Below are positions 30,045-40,223 of a stretch of 64,000 nucleotides of DNA, piece by piece. The stretch covers positions 96,001 to 160,000 of the forward strand of contig CAXXXD010000001.1 in the NCBI GenBank assembly GCA_963663385.2. Reading direction: 5' to 3'. The translations under genes and the position numbers were made by a program. Numbering within the stretch: position 1 is the first letter of the stretch; each line of letters opens with the position of its first letter. Under the pieces are notes generated by a model. It had not been told where the DNA came from. It made no database searches and saw nothing but the letters and a program-made list of their open reading frames with translations. This DNA is from Oceanispirochaeta sp. Its GTDB lineage: Bacteria > Spirochaetota > Spirochaetia > DSM-2461.

Positions 30045-31235
30045 ATGAGCAGAGAACTCATCCGTCATCTATCAAGTGAACTGGCGGCCCTTCATGAACA
30101 GGGTCTGTATAAATCCGAACGGATTATCACAACGCCTCAGCAGGCGGATATTAAAGTAAAAGACGGCGGAGAAGTCCTGAACTTCTGCGCGAATAACTAC
30201 CTGGGGCTGTCGAATAATCCCGAGTTGATAAAAGCGGCCCAGAAGTCATTGGAAGAGTACGGCTACGGCCTGTCCTCTGTTCGGTTTATTTGCGGAACCC
30301 AGACCATCCATAAGGAACTGGAAGCCAGGATCAGCTCTTTTCTGGGAACGGAGGATACCATACTCTACTCCTCCTGCTTCGATGCCAACGGCGGTCTGTT
30401 TGAAACCCTGCTGGGTCCGGAAGACGCCATAATCAGCGATGCCCTTAACCATGCCAGTATCATCGACGGCGTCAGGCTCTGTAAAGCCCGGCGTTTCCGC
30501 TACGCCAATAACGATATGACCGAACTGGAAACCAGACTGAAAGAAGCCCGTACAGCCCGTTTCCGCCTGATTGCCACAGACGGCGTGTTCTCCATGGACG
30601 GCACAATAGCCAACCTGAAAGCCATCTGCGATCTGGCAGACAAATATGACGCCCTGGTTATGGTGGACGACTCTCATGCCGTCGGGTTTATGGGAGAAAC
30701 CGGCGCGGGAACCCCCGAGTTCTGCGGAGTGAAAGACCGGGTGGATATTATCACCGGAACCCTGGGCAAAGCTTTGGGCGGAGCCTCGGGAGGATACACG
30801 TCCGGAAAAAAAGAGATCATCAGCTGGCTCAGACAGCGCTCAAGACCATATCTGTTCTCAAACTCTCTGGCTCCTGTCATGACAGCCACGGCTATCCGCA
30901 CCCTGGAACTGCTCCAGGAATCAAGCGAACAGAGGGACCGGCTGTTCTCTCACACCCGTCTGTTCCGCCGTTCCCTGAAAGAAGCCGGGTTCAATATTGT
31001 GGAAGGAGAACACCCTATCGTTCCCCTGATGCTGGGAGACGCGGCTCTGGCTGTAAAAATGGCGGGGATTCTCCTGAACAAGGGAATCTATGCCATCGGA
31101 TTCTCCTACCCGGTGGTCCCCATGGGAGCCGCCCGTATCCGTTTCCAGATGTCCGCAGGCCATACGGAGGAGCAGGTAAAATATGCCATTGAAAAGATTA
31201 TCGAAACCGGGAAGGATCTGGAGATAATAAAATGA
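30045..31235 (+). CDS. kbl: 2-amino-3-ketobutyrate CoA ligase (glycine C-acetyltransferase)
   Basis: [41 protein letters not shown]. Confidence 0.96.
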   Translation: MSRELIRHLSSELAALHEQGLYKSERIITTPQQADIKVKDGGEVLNFCANNYLGLSNNPELIKAAQKSLEEYGYGLSSVRFICGTQTIHKELEARISSFLGTEDTILYSSCFDANGGLFETLLGPEDAIISDALNHASIIDGVRLCKARRFRYANNDMTELETRLKEARTARFRLIATDGVFSMDGTIANLKAICDLADKYDALVMVDDSHAVGFMGETGAGTPEFCGVKDRVDIITGTLGKALGGASGGYTSGKKEIISWLRQRSRPYLFSNSLAPVMTATAIRTLELLQESSEQRDRLFSHTRLFRRSLKEAGFNIVEGEHPIVPLMLGDAALAVKMAGILLNKGIYAIGFSYPVVPMGAARIRFQMSAGHTEEQVKYAIEKIIETGKDLEIIK

Positions 31236-32257
31236 AAGCACTGTCCAAACTGAAAAAAGAAGAAGGCCTCTGGATGATAGACGCTCCCGAACCGGAGTAC
31301 GGTCCCAATGACCTTCTTATTAAAATCAAGATTACCGCCATTTGCGGTACGGATGTTCACATCTACAACTGGGACCACTGGTCACAGCAGACAATCCCTG
31401 TTCCCATGATTACCGGTCATGAGTTTGTGGGAACCGTTGAAGCCATGGGAAGCGAAGTGGCCGGATTCAAAATCGGCGACCGGGTTTCCGGCGAAGGCCA
31501 TATTACCTGCGGTCACTGCCGGAACTGCCGGGCCGGAAAGCGGCACCTCTGCCGTAATACGGAAGGAATCGGGGTAAACAGACAGGGCTGCTTTGCGGAG
31601 TACCTGGTTATGCCCGCCTACAATGCCTTCAAGCTGGATGATTTTATCTCCGACGAAACAGCGGCCATTTTTGATCCCTTCGGCAACGCCGTTCATACGG
31701 CCCTCTCCTTTGACCTTGTGGGAGAGGATGTGCTGATCACCGGAGCCGGTCCCATCGGGATAATGGCGGCATCCGTTGCCAGACATGCCGGAGCCCGTTA
31801 TGTCATTATTACGGACGTAAATGAATACCGTCTGAACCTGGCCCGTCAGATGGGCGCTACCCGGGCTGTCAACATACAGACAGACAAACTGGAAGATGTA
31901 ATGAGCGAGCTTCATATGCTGGAAGGTTTTGATGTGGGACTGGAAATGTCCGGGAATGTCCGGGCTCAGCATCAGATGTTCAGGATGATGAATAACGGCG
32001 GACGTGTAGCCCTGCTGGGGATCCCCCCGGGGGAATCACCGGTTGACTGGAACCAGATTATCTTCAAGGGGCTCCAGCTGAAAGGGATCTACGGCCGGGA
32101 GATGTTTGAAACCTGGTACAAGATGGCCGCCATGATCCGCTCGGGTCTGGATATCAGCCGGATTATTACCCACCGCATGTCTGTGGATGAATTCAAGAAA
32201 GGATTCGACATTATGCGTTCAGGTCAGTCCGGAAAGGTCCTGTTGTACTGGGAGTAA
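31232..32257 (+). CDS. tdh: L-threonine 3-dehydrogenase
   Basis: [39 protein letters not shown]. Confidence 0.96.
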   Translation: MKALSKLKKEEGLWMIDAPEPEYGPNDLLIKIKITAICGTDVHIYNWDHWSQQTIPVPMITGHEFVGTVEAMGSEVAGFKIGDRVSGEGHITCGHCRNCRAGKRHLCRNTEGIGVNRQGCFAEYLVMPAYNAFKLDDFISDETAAIFDPFGNAVHTALSFDLVGEDVLITGAGPIGIMAASVARHAGARYVIITDVNEYRLNLARQMGATRAVNIQTDKLEDVMSELHMLEGFDVGLEMSGNVRAQHQMFRMMNNGGRVALLGIPPGESPVDWNQIIFKGLQLKGIYGREMFETWYKMAAMIRSGLDISRIITHRMSVDEFKKGFDIMRSGQSGKVLLYWE

Positions 32258-32354
32258 AGGGTTCACAGGAAAAGAGGAGCCTTATCCATCAGAAGAATTC
32301 CTTACACCGCGGGGGGTGCTGGAAAGCACTACCTGCGGCGCCCCCTAGTATCCA

Positions 32355-33389
32355 TCAGGAATTAAAAGCGGCAGATAACCGTGTCCTGTATGTATCCAGA
32401 ATCACGGCCAAAATAATAATCACCCCTGTTACGATCTGCCTTGCGAAATCACCCATTCCAATCAGAAGCAGTCCGTTATTCAGAACCCCCATTATGGAAG
32501 CGCCCAGAAAGGTTCCTACAAGAGATCCCTTTCCCCCGCTCATACTTGTGCCGCCGATAACAACAGCGGCAATGGCATTCAGCTCAAAACCGACTCCCAG
32601 AATGGGACTGGCTATGCTCATACGCAGCATATACATTATCGTCGCAACCCCGACGGTTCCGCCGCAGATGGTATAAGCCATGACTTTATAGAGTTTTACA
32701 TTATGGCCGGACAGACGGACAGACTCTTCATTGTTTCCGATGGCAAAGATCATTCGGCCGAAAACTGTCCGTTTAAGAATAACCGACCCCAATACCACCA
32801 GAATCAGCGCAATCAGAAAGATGGCCGGAAGAACCCCGAAATAGGTGGTAGTTCCGAAATCATTAAACATTTTCGGAAAATTGAAAATGGTTTTGGAGTG
32901 GCTGATCTGAAGGGCCAGACCTCTGGCAATATTCAGCATCCCCAGGGTCACGATAAAAGAGTGGATTTTCCAGGTCTCTGATATAATTCCATTTAAAAAA
33001 CCGATTATCATACCCGAGAGGATACTCAGCATTACGGCCAGAACAATGGCAGCCCCGAATGACAGGGAAGGTGATATCAGGATCTTGCCTGCAATAATGG
33101 AACAGAGAGCCAGTACGGATCCTACAGACAGATCGATTCCTCCCAGCAGTATAACAAATGTCATTCCTACTGCTATAACAGTATTGATACTGATCTGGGT
33201 GAATATATTTGCAACATTTATCAGAGAAAAAAAGCGGGGAGCTCCGATGCTGAATGCGACAACAAGCCCCAGCAGAATAATTCCGATTCCGACTTCCTTC
33301 AGAAAAATATTCAGAAGCGATCGCATGGGGGAATTGTTTTTTCTCCCGGGATCCACGCTGATTTCATTACCTACATTTCCATTACTCAT
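32355..33389 (-). CDS. Monosaccharide ABC permease (RbsC family)
   Basis: GGIDLSVG, TLGMLNIARG, GNNEESVRLSG, ELNAIAAVVIGGTS. Confidence 0.93.
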   Translation of the reverse strand: MSNGNVGNEISVDPGRKNNSPMRSLLNIFLKEVGIGIILLGLVVAFSIGAPRFFSLINVANIFTQISINTVIAVGMTFVILLGGIDLSVGSVLALCSIIAGKILISPSLSFGAAIVLAVMLSILSGMIIGFLNGIISETWKIHSFIVTLGMLNIARGLALQISHSKTIFNFPKMFNDFGTTTYFGVLPAIFLIALILVVLGSVILKRTVFGRMIFAIGNNEESVRLSGHNVKLYKVMAYTICGGTVGVATIMYMLRMSIASPILGVGFELNAIAAVVIGGTSMSGGKGSLVGTFLGASIMGVLNNGLLLIGMGDFARQIVTGVIIILAVILDTYRTRLSAAFNS

Positions 33390-34890
33390 TCAGATATTCC
33401 TTATAGGAAAGATTCAGTATTGTTTCCGGATCAAACTGATCCCGTTTTACTTCTCCTGTTATTTTGCCGTCTGAAAAAACAAGGATTCTGTGACAGATCC
33501 CCATAAGCTCCGGCAGATCGGAGGAAACCATAATGATGCCTCGCCCCATGGCAGCCAGCTTCCATAACAGCAGGTATATTTCGTATTTCGCCCCCACATC
33601 TATACCACGTGTGGGTTCATCAAAAATAAAAACATCAGAATTCCTGTAAAGCCACTTCCCGATGAGGATCTTCTGCTGATTCCCGCCGGACAGGTAAAGA
33701 GTTTTCTGATCGATACCGGGAGTTTTTATATTCATCTCCCGAATCTGTTTTTCTGTAACTTCTTCCTCCATAGACCGGTTAAGAAAACCTTTGCAGGAGA
33801 CATCTTTCAGATTCGTGATCGTTGTATTATCCACGCAGCTCATTTCAAGAATGAGCCCTTGTGTTTTCCGGTCTTCCGTCAGCAGACACAGCCCGCTGTC
33901 AACGGCATCCTTCGGGCATCTGATATTCAGCTTTTTCCCATCCAGGAAAATCTCGCCGGCTTCTTTTGCATCCGCCCCGAACAGGGCTCTCACTGTTTCC
34001 GTCCGGCCCGACCCCACCAGCCCGGCAATCCCCAGTATTTCGCTTTTTTTAAGCTCAAAGGATTTTGGATGGGGAGAGCCCTTGTAAACAAGGTCCCTTA
34101 CTGTTAGAAGAGGGGCTGAAGGAACTACGGAATCATCAAACGGATACTCCGACTCCATAGTCCTCCCTACCATCATTTTTACAATGGAAGGGATATCGAG
34201 TTCGGAAGCCTCATCGGTGCCTACCACCTGGCCATTCCTGAGAACCGTAACCCTGTCGCCAATCTGAAAAATTTCATTTAAACGATGAGAGATATAGATA
34301 ATTGTCACTCCATCGGCTTTAAGTTTTCTCAGCAGTCCGAACAGGTTATCAATCTCATCGGGCATCAAGGTTGCCGTTGGTTCATCCAGGATAAGGATCC
34401 GGCTTTCTCCCGACAGGGCTTTGGCAATTTCAACAAGCTGCATCTGTGCAACCCCGAGATTCTCAACCAATGTTCCGGGAGACAGTTTTTCCAGACCGAC
34501 CCTTTTCATAATGGCTTCGGCATCTCTATATAAACGGTTGAAATCCACAAGACCGCCTTTTCCCGGCAGTTTTTCAAAAAAGATGTTTTCTGCTACCGAC
34601 AGATAGGGCAGCAGATTAAACTCCTGATATACAACCCGTATACCCTGATTGATTGCTGCAAGCGGATTTTGCGGACAATACGGCTGTCCGGCAAAAATCA
34701 TGTTCCCTCCTGTGGGTGAATAAACACCGCACAGGGTCTTTACCAGTGAGGACTTCCCCGCCCCGTTTTCACCTAAAAGAATATGTACCTCTCCTTCCTT
34801 AACGGCAAGATTTACTTCATCAAGGGCTTTTACACCGGGAAAAGAGAGGGTGATATTATTAAATTCAATTATATTTCCAATGGATCCCAT
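33382..34890 (-). CDS. Monosaccharide ABC ATP-binding protein (RbsA/MglA family)
   Basis: GENGAGKS, LDEPT, second NBD EDRK...LSGGNQQK...DEPTRGIDVGAK. Confidence 0.95.
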   Translation of the reverse strand: MGSIGNIIEFNNITLSFPGVKALDEVNLAVKEGEVHILLGENGAGKSSLVKTLCGVYSPTGGNMIFAGQPYCPQNPLAAINQGIRVVYQEFNLLPYLSVAENIFFEKLPGKGGLVDFNRLYRDAEAIMKRVGLEKLSPGTLVENLGVAQMQLVEIAKALSGESRILILDEPTATLMPDEIDNLFGLLRKLKADGVTIIYISHRLNEIFQIGDRVTVLRNGQVVGTDEASELDIPSIVKMMVGRTMESEYPFDDSVVPSAPLLTVRDLVYKGSPHPKSFELKKSEILGIAGLVGSGRTETVRALFGADAKEAGEIFLDGKKLNIRCPKDAVDSGLCLLTEDRKTQGLILEMSCVDNTTITNLKDVSCKGFLNRSMEEEVTEKQIREMNIKTPGIDQKTLYLSGGNQQKILIGKWLYRNSDVFIFDEPTRGIDVGAKYEIYLLLWKLAAMGRGIIMVSSDLPELMGICHRILVFSDGKITGEVKRDQFDPETILNLSYKEYLNE

Positions 34891-34952
34891 TAGAACTCCT
34901 TAGAAAGAACGGGAGGAAGCATACCTTCCTCCCTCTTCTGATACTGTTCGAT

Positions 34953-35906
34953 TTATTTAAAGAAATCCTTATCCGCAAGGATGAGAGGAGACTGAACCCA
35001 GCCGAGGTTCTCCCTTTCTCCGGCAATGATTTCAAATCCTGCATTAAAAGCAAGGACTGCCATTTCGGTGCCATCCATATGAACGGTAGCCAGCATTTTG
35101 TCATTAAGAATTAGATCCTTAACAGCCGGGATATTATCAAACCCTACAACCTGAACATCGCTGCGCCCTGCAGCTTCAAGAGCACGGACAACACCGAGAG
35201 CCATTGAGTCGTTGGCACACATAACCCCCTGAACATCCGGGTGTTTGGTCAGCAGATTTGTCATCAGGGTATTGGCTTCTTCCGCTTCCCAGTGTGCTGT
35301 ATTGGAGGCCAGGAGTTCCAGGCCGTGGGTTTCGATGGATTTCATAAATCCGTTTTTTCTCTGTTTGGCATTATCCGCCCCGGGATTCCCTTCGAGAATG
35401 AATACCTTACCGCCTTCTCCGATTGTTTCGCCCAGATAATTACCGACCATTTCGGCTCCGTCTGTATTATCGGGTCCGACGAACAGAAACTCTTCAGGAA
35501 GGCCGGCCGCCTTCAGTGCATCCTTGTCCAGGGTTACATCAAAATTGATAACCGTAACGCCTGCATCGATAGCCCTTTTAACAGGAGCGACCATACCGGC
35601 TGAGTCGGCAGGAGCCAGAACGATCAGATCAACACCCTGAGTAATCAGACTGTCTACAGCATTTACCTGTGTATCAAAGTCCGTTTCGGAATTCATCCCC
35701 ATTGTTATCAGTTTGAAAGAACCGTCCTCTTCAGCATAAGCTTTTGCGCCTTCATCCATAGCCATAAAAAATTCATTAGCCAGTGATTTCATAATCAGAC
35801 CGACGACCGGTCTGTCATCCTCCTTTTCCTGTTCTCCATTGGCAAAAACAGAAACGGGCATCAGAATTGCGAGTCCCACCAGAACAGCCAAAATTTGTTT
35901 CTTCAT
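34953..35906 (-). CDS. Monosaccharide ABC substrate-binding protein (RbsB-like)
   Basis: Signal peptide ...VFANGEQE; KSLANEFF, ANDSMALG, VGFD; AAGGAG RBS before ATG 35906. Confidence 0.92.
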   Translation of the reverse strand: MKKQILAVLVGLAILMPVSVFANGEQEKEDDRPVVGLIMKSLANEFFMAMDEGAKAYAEEDGSFKLITMGMNSETDFDTQVNAVDSLITQGVDLIVLAPADSAGMVAPVKRAIDAGVTVINFDVTLDKDALKAAGLPEEFLFVGPDNTDGAEMVGNYLGETIGEGGKVFILEGNPGADNAKQRKNGFMKSIETHGLELLASNTAHWEAEEANTLMTNLLTKHPDVQGVMCANDSMALGVVRALEAAGRSDVQVVGFDNIPAVKDLILNDKMLATVHMDGTEMAVLAFNAGFEIIAGERENLGWVQSPLILADKDFFK

Positions 35907-35952
35907 TAGATACTCCTTAATTTTCTCATACAGAGATGTATACCCGCTATAT

Positions 35953-35968
35953 TGCAAACCTTATGCCA
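35953..35968 (-). promoter_or_regulatory. Sigma54 (-24/-12) promoter of the monosaccharide ABC operon
   Basis: Minus strand TGGCATAAGGTTTGCA = GG-N10-GC, ~47 nt upstream of the SBP start; sigma54 activator gene just upstream. Confidence 0.85.
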
Positions 35969-36051
35969 ATACAGAAATATAAGTTCAAAACAGCCTATAA
36001 CAGGGAAAGAGCATAAACCGGAAAAAGATACCGGTCCGCCAGATCTGCAAT

Positions 36052-36091
36052 ATGGACAAACTGTTCAAAACAGATGTCCAGAATATGAACA
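36052..36091. promoter_or_regulatory. Candidate upstream activating sequences for the NtrC-type regulator
   Basis: TGTCCA-N5-TGAACA (36075-36091) plus TGGACA/TGTTCA half-sites, ~85-125 bp upstream of the -24 box. Confidence 0.5.
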
Positions 36092-36096
36092 CACTT

Positions 36097-37917
36097 TCAG
36101 GCTACGGGAATCTTCAGCTCGAAGCGGCAACCGTCCTCAAACTGATTATCCAGGGAAATACTGCCGCCGTAACGATTCAGGATATTATAACAGAGAGACA
36201 GTCCCAACCCGTAATTCTGGTTTGTATTTTTTGAAGATTTGAAAGGAAGAAAAACATCCGTCGAATCGTCAAAGGGGACACCGGGTCCGTTGTCTTCAAA
36301 AAGGATAGAGGCATACTCCCGCCCCTCTTCCCGGCTGATGGAAATAGCGATGACACCGCCTTCCGACAGGACTTCAAAAGAGTTTTTAAACAGATTCAGA
36401 ATAACCTGCTTGAATTCGTTTCTGTTAAAAAGGACCTGAACAGGAACCTCCGAATCCTCCCGGATATGGATTTCAATGTGCTTCTGCTTTCCATTGAACC
36501 GGATCAGGTTCATAAGCTCACGGATTTCATCACTTAAAATAATCAGCTCTTTATTCTCTTTCTGGTTATTGGAAAAGGTGATCAGATTCCCTATGACCTG
36601 TGAGATATAATTGATCTGTTCAAAGAGATAATCAAACACCGCCTCCCGTTCATCCGGCTTTACCTTATTCATCCGGAAGCTCTCAAGATAATTGGAAATC
36701 ACTCCCAGGGGATTATTAATCTCATGAGCCACTCCCGCAGACAGGAGTCCCAGGGACGCCAGTTTCTCCGACAGAATGACCTGATCCCGTAACCGCTCCC
36801 GCTCGGTGATATCTTCAATAATAAAGAGGTTTCCAATCAGTAATGCCCCCTCGTAAATGGGGTATAGAACAATATTGGCCATATACATCCCCTTTCCTGT
36901 CTGAAGGGGAATATTGAACATGGAACGGATTTCGCCGGATGCAGCGGTTTCCTCCAGCAGTTCCGCCGGAACAGGGCTTCCCCCGAAAAGACTTTCGACT
37001 GTCAATTCGGTAAGACTGGTATTATCATCCAGGCAGAAGAACTCCCTGGCGCTGGCATTAACCGTTTTAATCCTGTGATCCGTTCCCAGTACAATCAGGC
37101 TGATGGGAAGCTGTTTAAGGATCACTTCGTTGTACTTGAAGAGATTGCCGAATTCGAGGGTGTGATCCTGTTGATCCTCCAGAGAGGAAAACTGTGTATA
37201 GGCCATTTTGATTAGGCTTATTTTATCCAGATCCTTTACATTTTCGGATAAAAGCAGCTTCCCCTTCCGGATAATGCTTACCCGATCGGCAATCATATAG
37301 AGATCGTCAATCCTGTGGGTAATAAAAAGGATGGCACACCCGGATTTTTTCAGGGCATTAAGGGCTTTGATTACCTTTTCCAGACCGTCGGCAGAAAGCT
37401 TTTCCAGGGCTTCATCCAGGATCAGAACCCTGGGAGGAGTGTACAGATTTTTTACAATACTGAGAAAGGCTTTTTCCGACAGGGGCAGATTCGAGACAGA
37501 ATCCCGGGGATTCAGATCAAACCCGTTCTCTTTTAGAAACATCGCGGTGAGGACGTCGACTTTTTTCTGACTGAATCCCCCGAAGCGGGATTGGAACCTT
37601 TTTTTATTGGCAATGAAGAGGTTTTCAGAAACCGTAAGGGCATCATTCAGCCGGATTTTCTGAAAAACCATTCTGATACCGGCATCTATTGTCTCCTTAT
37701 AAGACATTCTGGCATAAGGTTTATTCTGATAAAATACCGCTCCTTCATCGGGAGAGATCAGGTTGGCGACCATTTTGGCCAGGGAGGATTTTCCTGCACC
37801 GTGTTCCCCGACAATGGCATGGATCTCCCCCTCATGAATAGAAAGGTTAATACCGTCCAGAGCCTTGATACTCCCGTAACAGAGGGATACGTCACGCATT
37901 TCAAGGATACACTTCAT
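36097..37917 (-). CDS. Fusion protein: ABC ATPase (RbsA/MglA N-half-like) - PAS - histidine kinase (HisKA + HATPase_c), no TM segments
   Basis: GEHGAGKS Walker A, VFQ Q-loop, ILDE Walker B, ITHR switch; PAS ending EDITE; H-box AHEINNPL; N-box QVILNLFKNS; DNGPG and GLGL G-boxes; ATG 37917 immediately after the RR stop. Confidence 0.9.
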   Translation of the reverse strand: MKCILEMRDVSLCYGSIKALDGINLSIHEGEIHAIVGEHGAGKSSLAKMVANLISPDEGAVFYQNKPYARMSYKETIDAGIRMVFQKIRLNDALTVSENLFIANKKRFQSRFGGFSQKKVDVLTAMFLKENGFDLNPRDSVSNLPLSEKAFLSIVKNLYTPPRVLILDEALEKLSADGLEKVIKALNALKKSGCAILFITHRIDDLYMIADRVSIIRKGKLLLSENVKDLDKISLIKMAYTQFSSLEDQQDHTLEFGNLFKYNEVILKQLPISLIVLGTDHRIKTVNASAREFFCLDDNTSLTELTVESLFGGSPVPAELLEETAASGEIRSMFNIPLQTGKGMYMANIVLYPIYEGALLIGNLFIIEDITERERLRDQVILSEKLASLGLLSAGVAHEINNPLGVISNYLESFRMNKVKPDEREAVFDYLFEQINYISQVIGNLITFSNNQKENKELIILSDEIRELMNLIRFNGKQKHIEIHIREDSEVPVQVLFNRNEFKQVILNLFKNSFEVLSEGGVIAISISREEGREYASILFEDNGPGVPFDDSTDVFLPFKSSKNTNQNYGLGLSLCYNILNRYGGSISLDNQFEDGCRFELKIPVA

Positions 37918-37918
37918 A

Positions 37919-39235
37919 TCAGTCGCCAAGTCCGGCAATATCATACTTTTTCATCCTGCTGTACAGGGTCGTTCGGCTGATATTCAGGGATTCGGCAACC
38001 TTCTTCTTGTTGAAATTTGCCTTTAAGAGCTCCCGCAGGATTGTCTCCTTCTCTGAGCGTTCCAGGGGTGTTTCATCCCGCCCCTCTTCTTCAATCACTT
38101 TTTGAAACTTCGTGGGAAGGCATTCTATTCCGATCGTGCCGTTTGACGATATGGCTGAGGCATAGTTCATTGTGTTCTTCAACTCCCTGATATTGCCGGG
38201 CCAGGAATACCGTAAAAAGAGTTCAAGCACCTCATCCTTCAATACACAGGACGCCGTTCCATTCTCCATGGCGTACTCGTCCATAAAATGTTCAGCCAGA
38301 AGCGGGATATCGGTAATCCTTTTCTTGAGAGGAGGGACTGTCAGGATGGCCGCATTCAAGCGGTAGTAAAGGTCCTCCCGGAATCGCCCGAGAGCAATAA
38401 GATCTTCCAGTTTTTTATTTGTAGCTGAAATGAGTTTCACATCGACCTTGATCAGGTCCTTACCGCCCAGGCGATACAGCTCCCTGTTCTGAAGAACCCG
38501 GAGAACTTTGGCCTGCACTTCCATGGACATATCCCCGATTTCATCCAGAAAGAGGGTCCCGCCGCTGGCTCTTTCAAAAACACCTTTATAACTTGCATGG
38601 GCTCCCGTATAAGCGCCCTTTTCATGGCCGAACAGTTCATTATCCAGAAGGTTGTCGGGAAACGCCGCACAATTCACTTTTATAAAAGGCTTATCGGCCC
38701 GGTTCCCGCTGGAAAAAATGAAATCCGCAAACAGCTCCTTTCCTGTTCCGTTTTCACCATACAGCAGAATGGGAAGATTCCCCGAAGCCAGTTTGAGTAT
38801 TGTTGCCTTCAACTCCTCAACACCCGTATCCCGGCTTACAATCCGGGAATCCGGAAAACAGTCAGGCTGTCCGGCACTGTCGATGACGTTGGCAATTTTC
38901 TCATAGAGGATTTTGTATTTCACAGGCTTAAGAAGATAATCGACCGCTCCATACTTCATGGATTCAACTGCGGTTTCTATAGTGCCGAACCCGGTCAGCA
39001 TAATAACCGGTACGGCAGGATACTCCTTTTTCAGCATTTTCAATACTGACAGACCGGATTCTGATCCCAGTTTCATATCCAGCAGAATCACAGAGATTCC
39101 TCCCTGACTCAGTACGGGAAGAGCATCCGCACTGCTCAGGGCATAGAGGATTTCAAGAGTCTCATCCCCCAGCATACGGGAAAGGCTCATACAGAATTGT
39201 TCATTATCATCAATTATCAGAATACTGTGTTGCAT
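37919..39235 (-). CDS. Sigma54-dependent response regulator (NtrC family)
   Basis: REC (IIDD, LLDMKL, KP), AAA+ GENGTGKE, ELFGHEKGAYTGA, LFLDEIG, WPGNIRELKN, Fis HTH. Confidence 0.95.
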   Translation of the reverse strand: MQHSILIIDDNEQFCMSLSRMLGDETLEILYALSSADALPVLSQGGISVILLDMKLGSESGLSVLKMLKKEYPAVPVIMLTGFGTIETAVESMKYGAVDYLLKPVKYKILYEKIANVIDSAGQPDCFPDSRIVSRDTGVEELKATILKLASGNLPILLYGENGTGKELFADFIFSSGNRADKPFIKVNCAAFPDNLLDNELFGHEKGAYTGAHASYKGVFERASGGTLFLDEIGDMSMEVQAKVLRVLQNRELYRLGGKDLIKVDVKLISATNKKLEDLIALGRFREDLYYRLNAAILTVPPLKKRITDIPLLAEHFMDEYAMENGTASCVLKDEVLELFLRYSWPGNIRELKNTMNYASAISSNGTIGIECLPTKFQKVIEEEGRDETPLERSEKETILRELLKANFNKKKVAESLNISRTTLYSRMKKYDIAGLGD

Positions 39236-39309
39236 CGAAACCTCTTGCAGTATTTCAAAGGGTGCAGGGCGGCTGTTTGAATTGTGAAGGACGCAGACCT
39301 GCGCCCACT

Positions 39310-40185
39310 CTATTTCAGTTCGGAAATAAAAGGGATGGAATCCATTGCCCCCGGCCTGGATACGGTAATGGAAGAGGCCAGAGTCGCCCTCTCCATAGCC
39401 TCCCGCACGGCCATTCCCTCCAACCGGGACGCCAGAAAGTAACCGAAAAACGTATCTCCGGCTGCCGTTGTATCCACAACAGGAGAGTCTACAATGGGAA
39501 CAAATTCCCGCTGTCCGTCCCTGCCGAACCAGGCACCGGCCTTACCGGCGGTCAGAAGGATGCTGAGTCCGGGGAACATCCCTACCAGACGATCCAGAGT
39601 CTCTTCATAGCTGCCCTCTTGTCCGGCCAGATCCGCCCCTTCAATCTCGTTGACCACAAGGAGGTCCAGTTTATCCAGGGGCCAGGTTTTCACATCTTTC
39701 GTATAGGGAGCCGGATTCAGGCAGACTTTCATCCCCTTTCCGTGAGCTTTTTCAATAATGTAGGAGGTTAAATTCACTTCATTCTGAAGAACCAGATAGT
39801 CTCCCTCTTCAAAATACCCGAGAACTTTATCTATATGAGTCTTGTCGTTATTCCGGTTCCCGCCGCCGAACAGAACGATGGAATTCTGCCCTTCATCGGA
39901 TACCTGAATAATGGCCTGTCCGGTCATCCCGTCATACTGCCTTATCAGATCGGTTCTCACATTGTACTTTTTCAGGAGGTCCAGCAGCCATAAACCGTCG
40001 TGTCCGATTGTACCGGCATGCCAGATTTCTGCTCCCGCTTTTGCCAGAGCCACCGACTGGTTGGCCCCTTTGCCTCCGGCATTGGTACTCACGTCCGAGG
40101 CGGAAATTGTTTCACCGGGCTGTACAATATGGGCGACCTTGTAAACAATATCGATATTCAAGGATCCATAATTTAAGATTTTCAT
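39310..40185 (-). CDS. rbsK: Ribokinase (PfkB family)
   Basis: GSLNID, GGKGANQ, LQNE, NPAP, NEIE, DTTAAGDTF. Confidence 0.88.
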   Translation of the reverse strand: MKILNYGSLNIDIVYKVAHIVQPGETISASDVSTNAGGKGANQSVALAKAGAEIWHAGTIGHDGLWLLDLLKKYNVRTDLIRQYDGMTGQAIIQVSDEGQNSIVLFGGGNRNNDKTHIDKVLGYFEEGDYLVLQNEVNLTSYIIEKAHGKGMKVCLNPAPYTKDVKTWPLDKLDLLVVNEIEGADLAGQEGSYEETLDRLVGMFPGLSILLTAGKAGAWFGRDGQREFVPIVDSPVVDTTAAGDTFFGYFLASRLEGMAVREAMERATLASSITVSRPGAMDSIPFISELK

Positions 40186-40223
40186 ATTCTCTCCTGCTTA
40201 AAGGGCCAAGTGGAAAAAGTTCA

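Noticed and set aside
30045..32257. kbl-tdh as part of the MTA cluster
   Set aside because: Separated by a hairpin and its own AT-rich promoter region; an ordinary threonine-catabolism operon.
37710..37723. TGGCATAAGGTTT on the + strand, matching the sigma54 promoter core
   Set aside because: Lacks the -12 GC (continues ATT), and is intragenic and antisense; probably chance.
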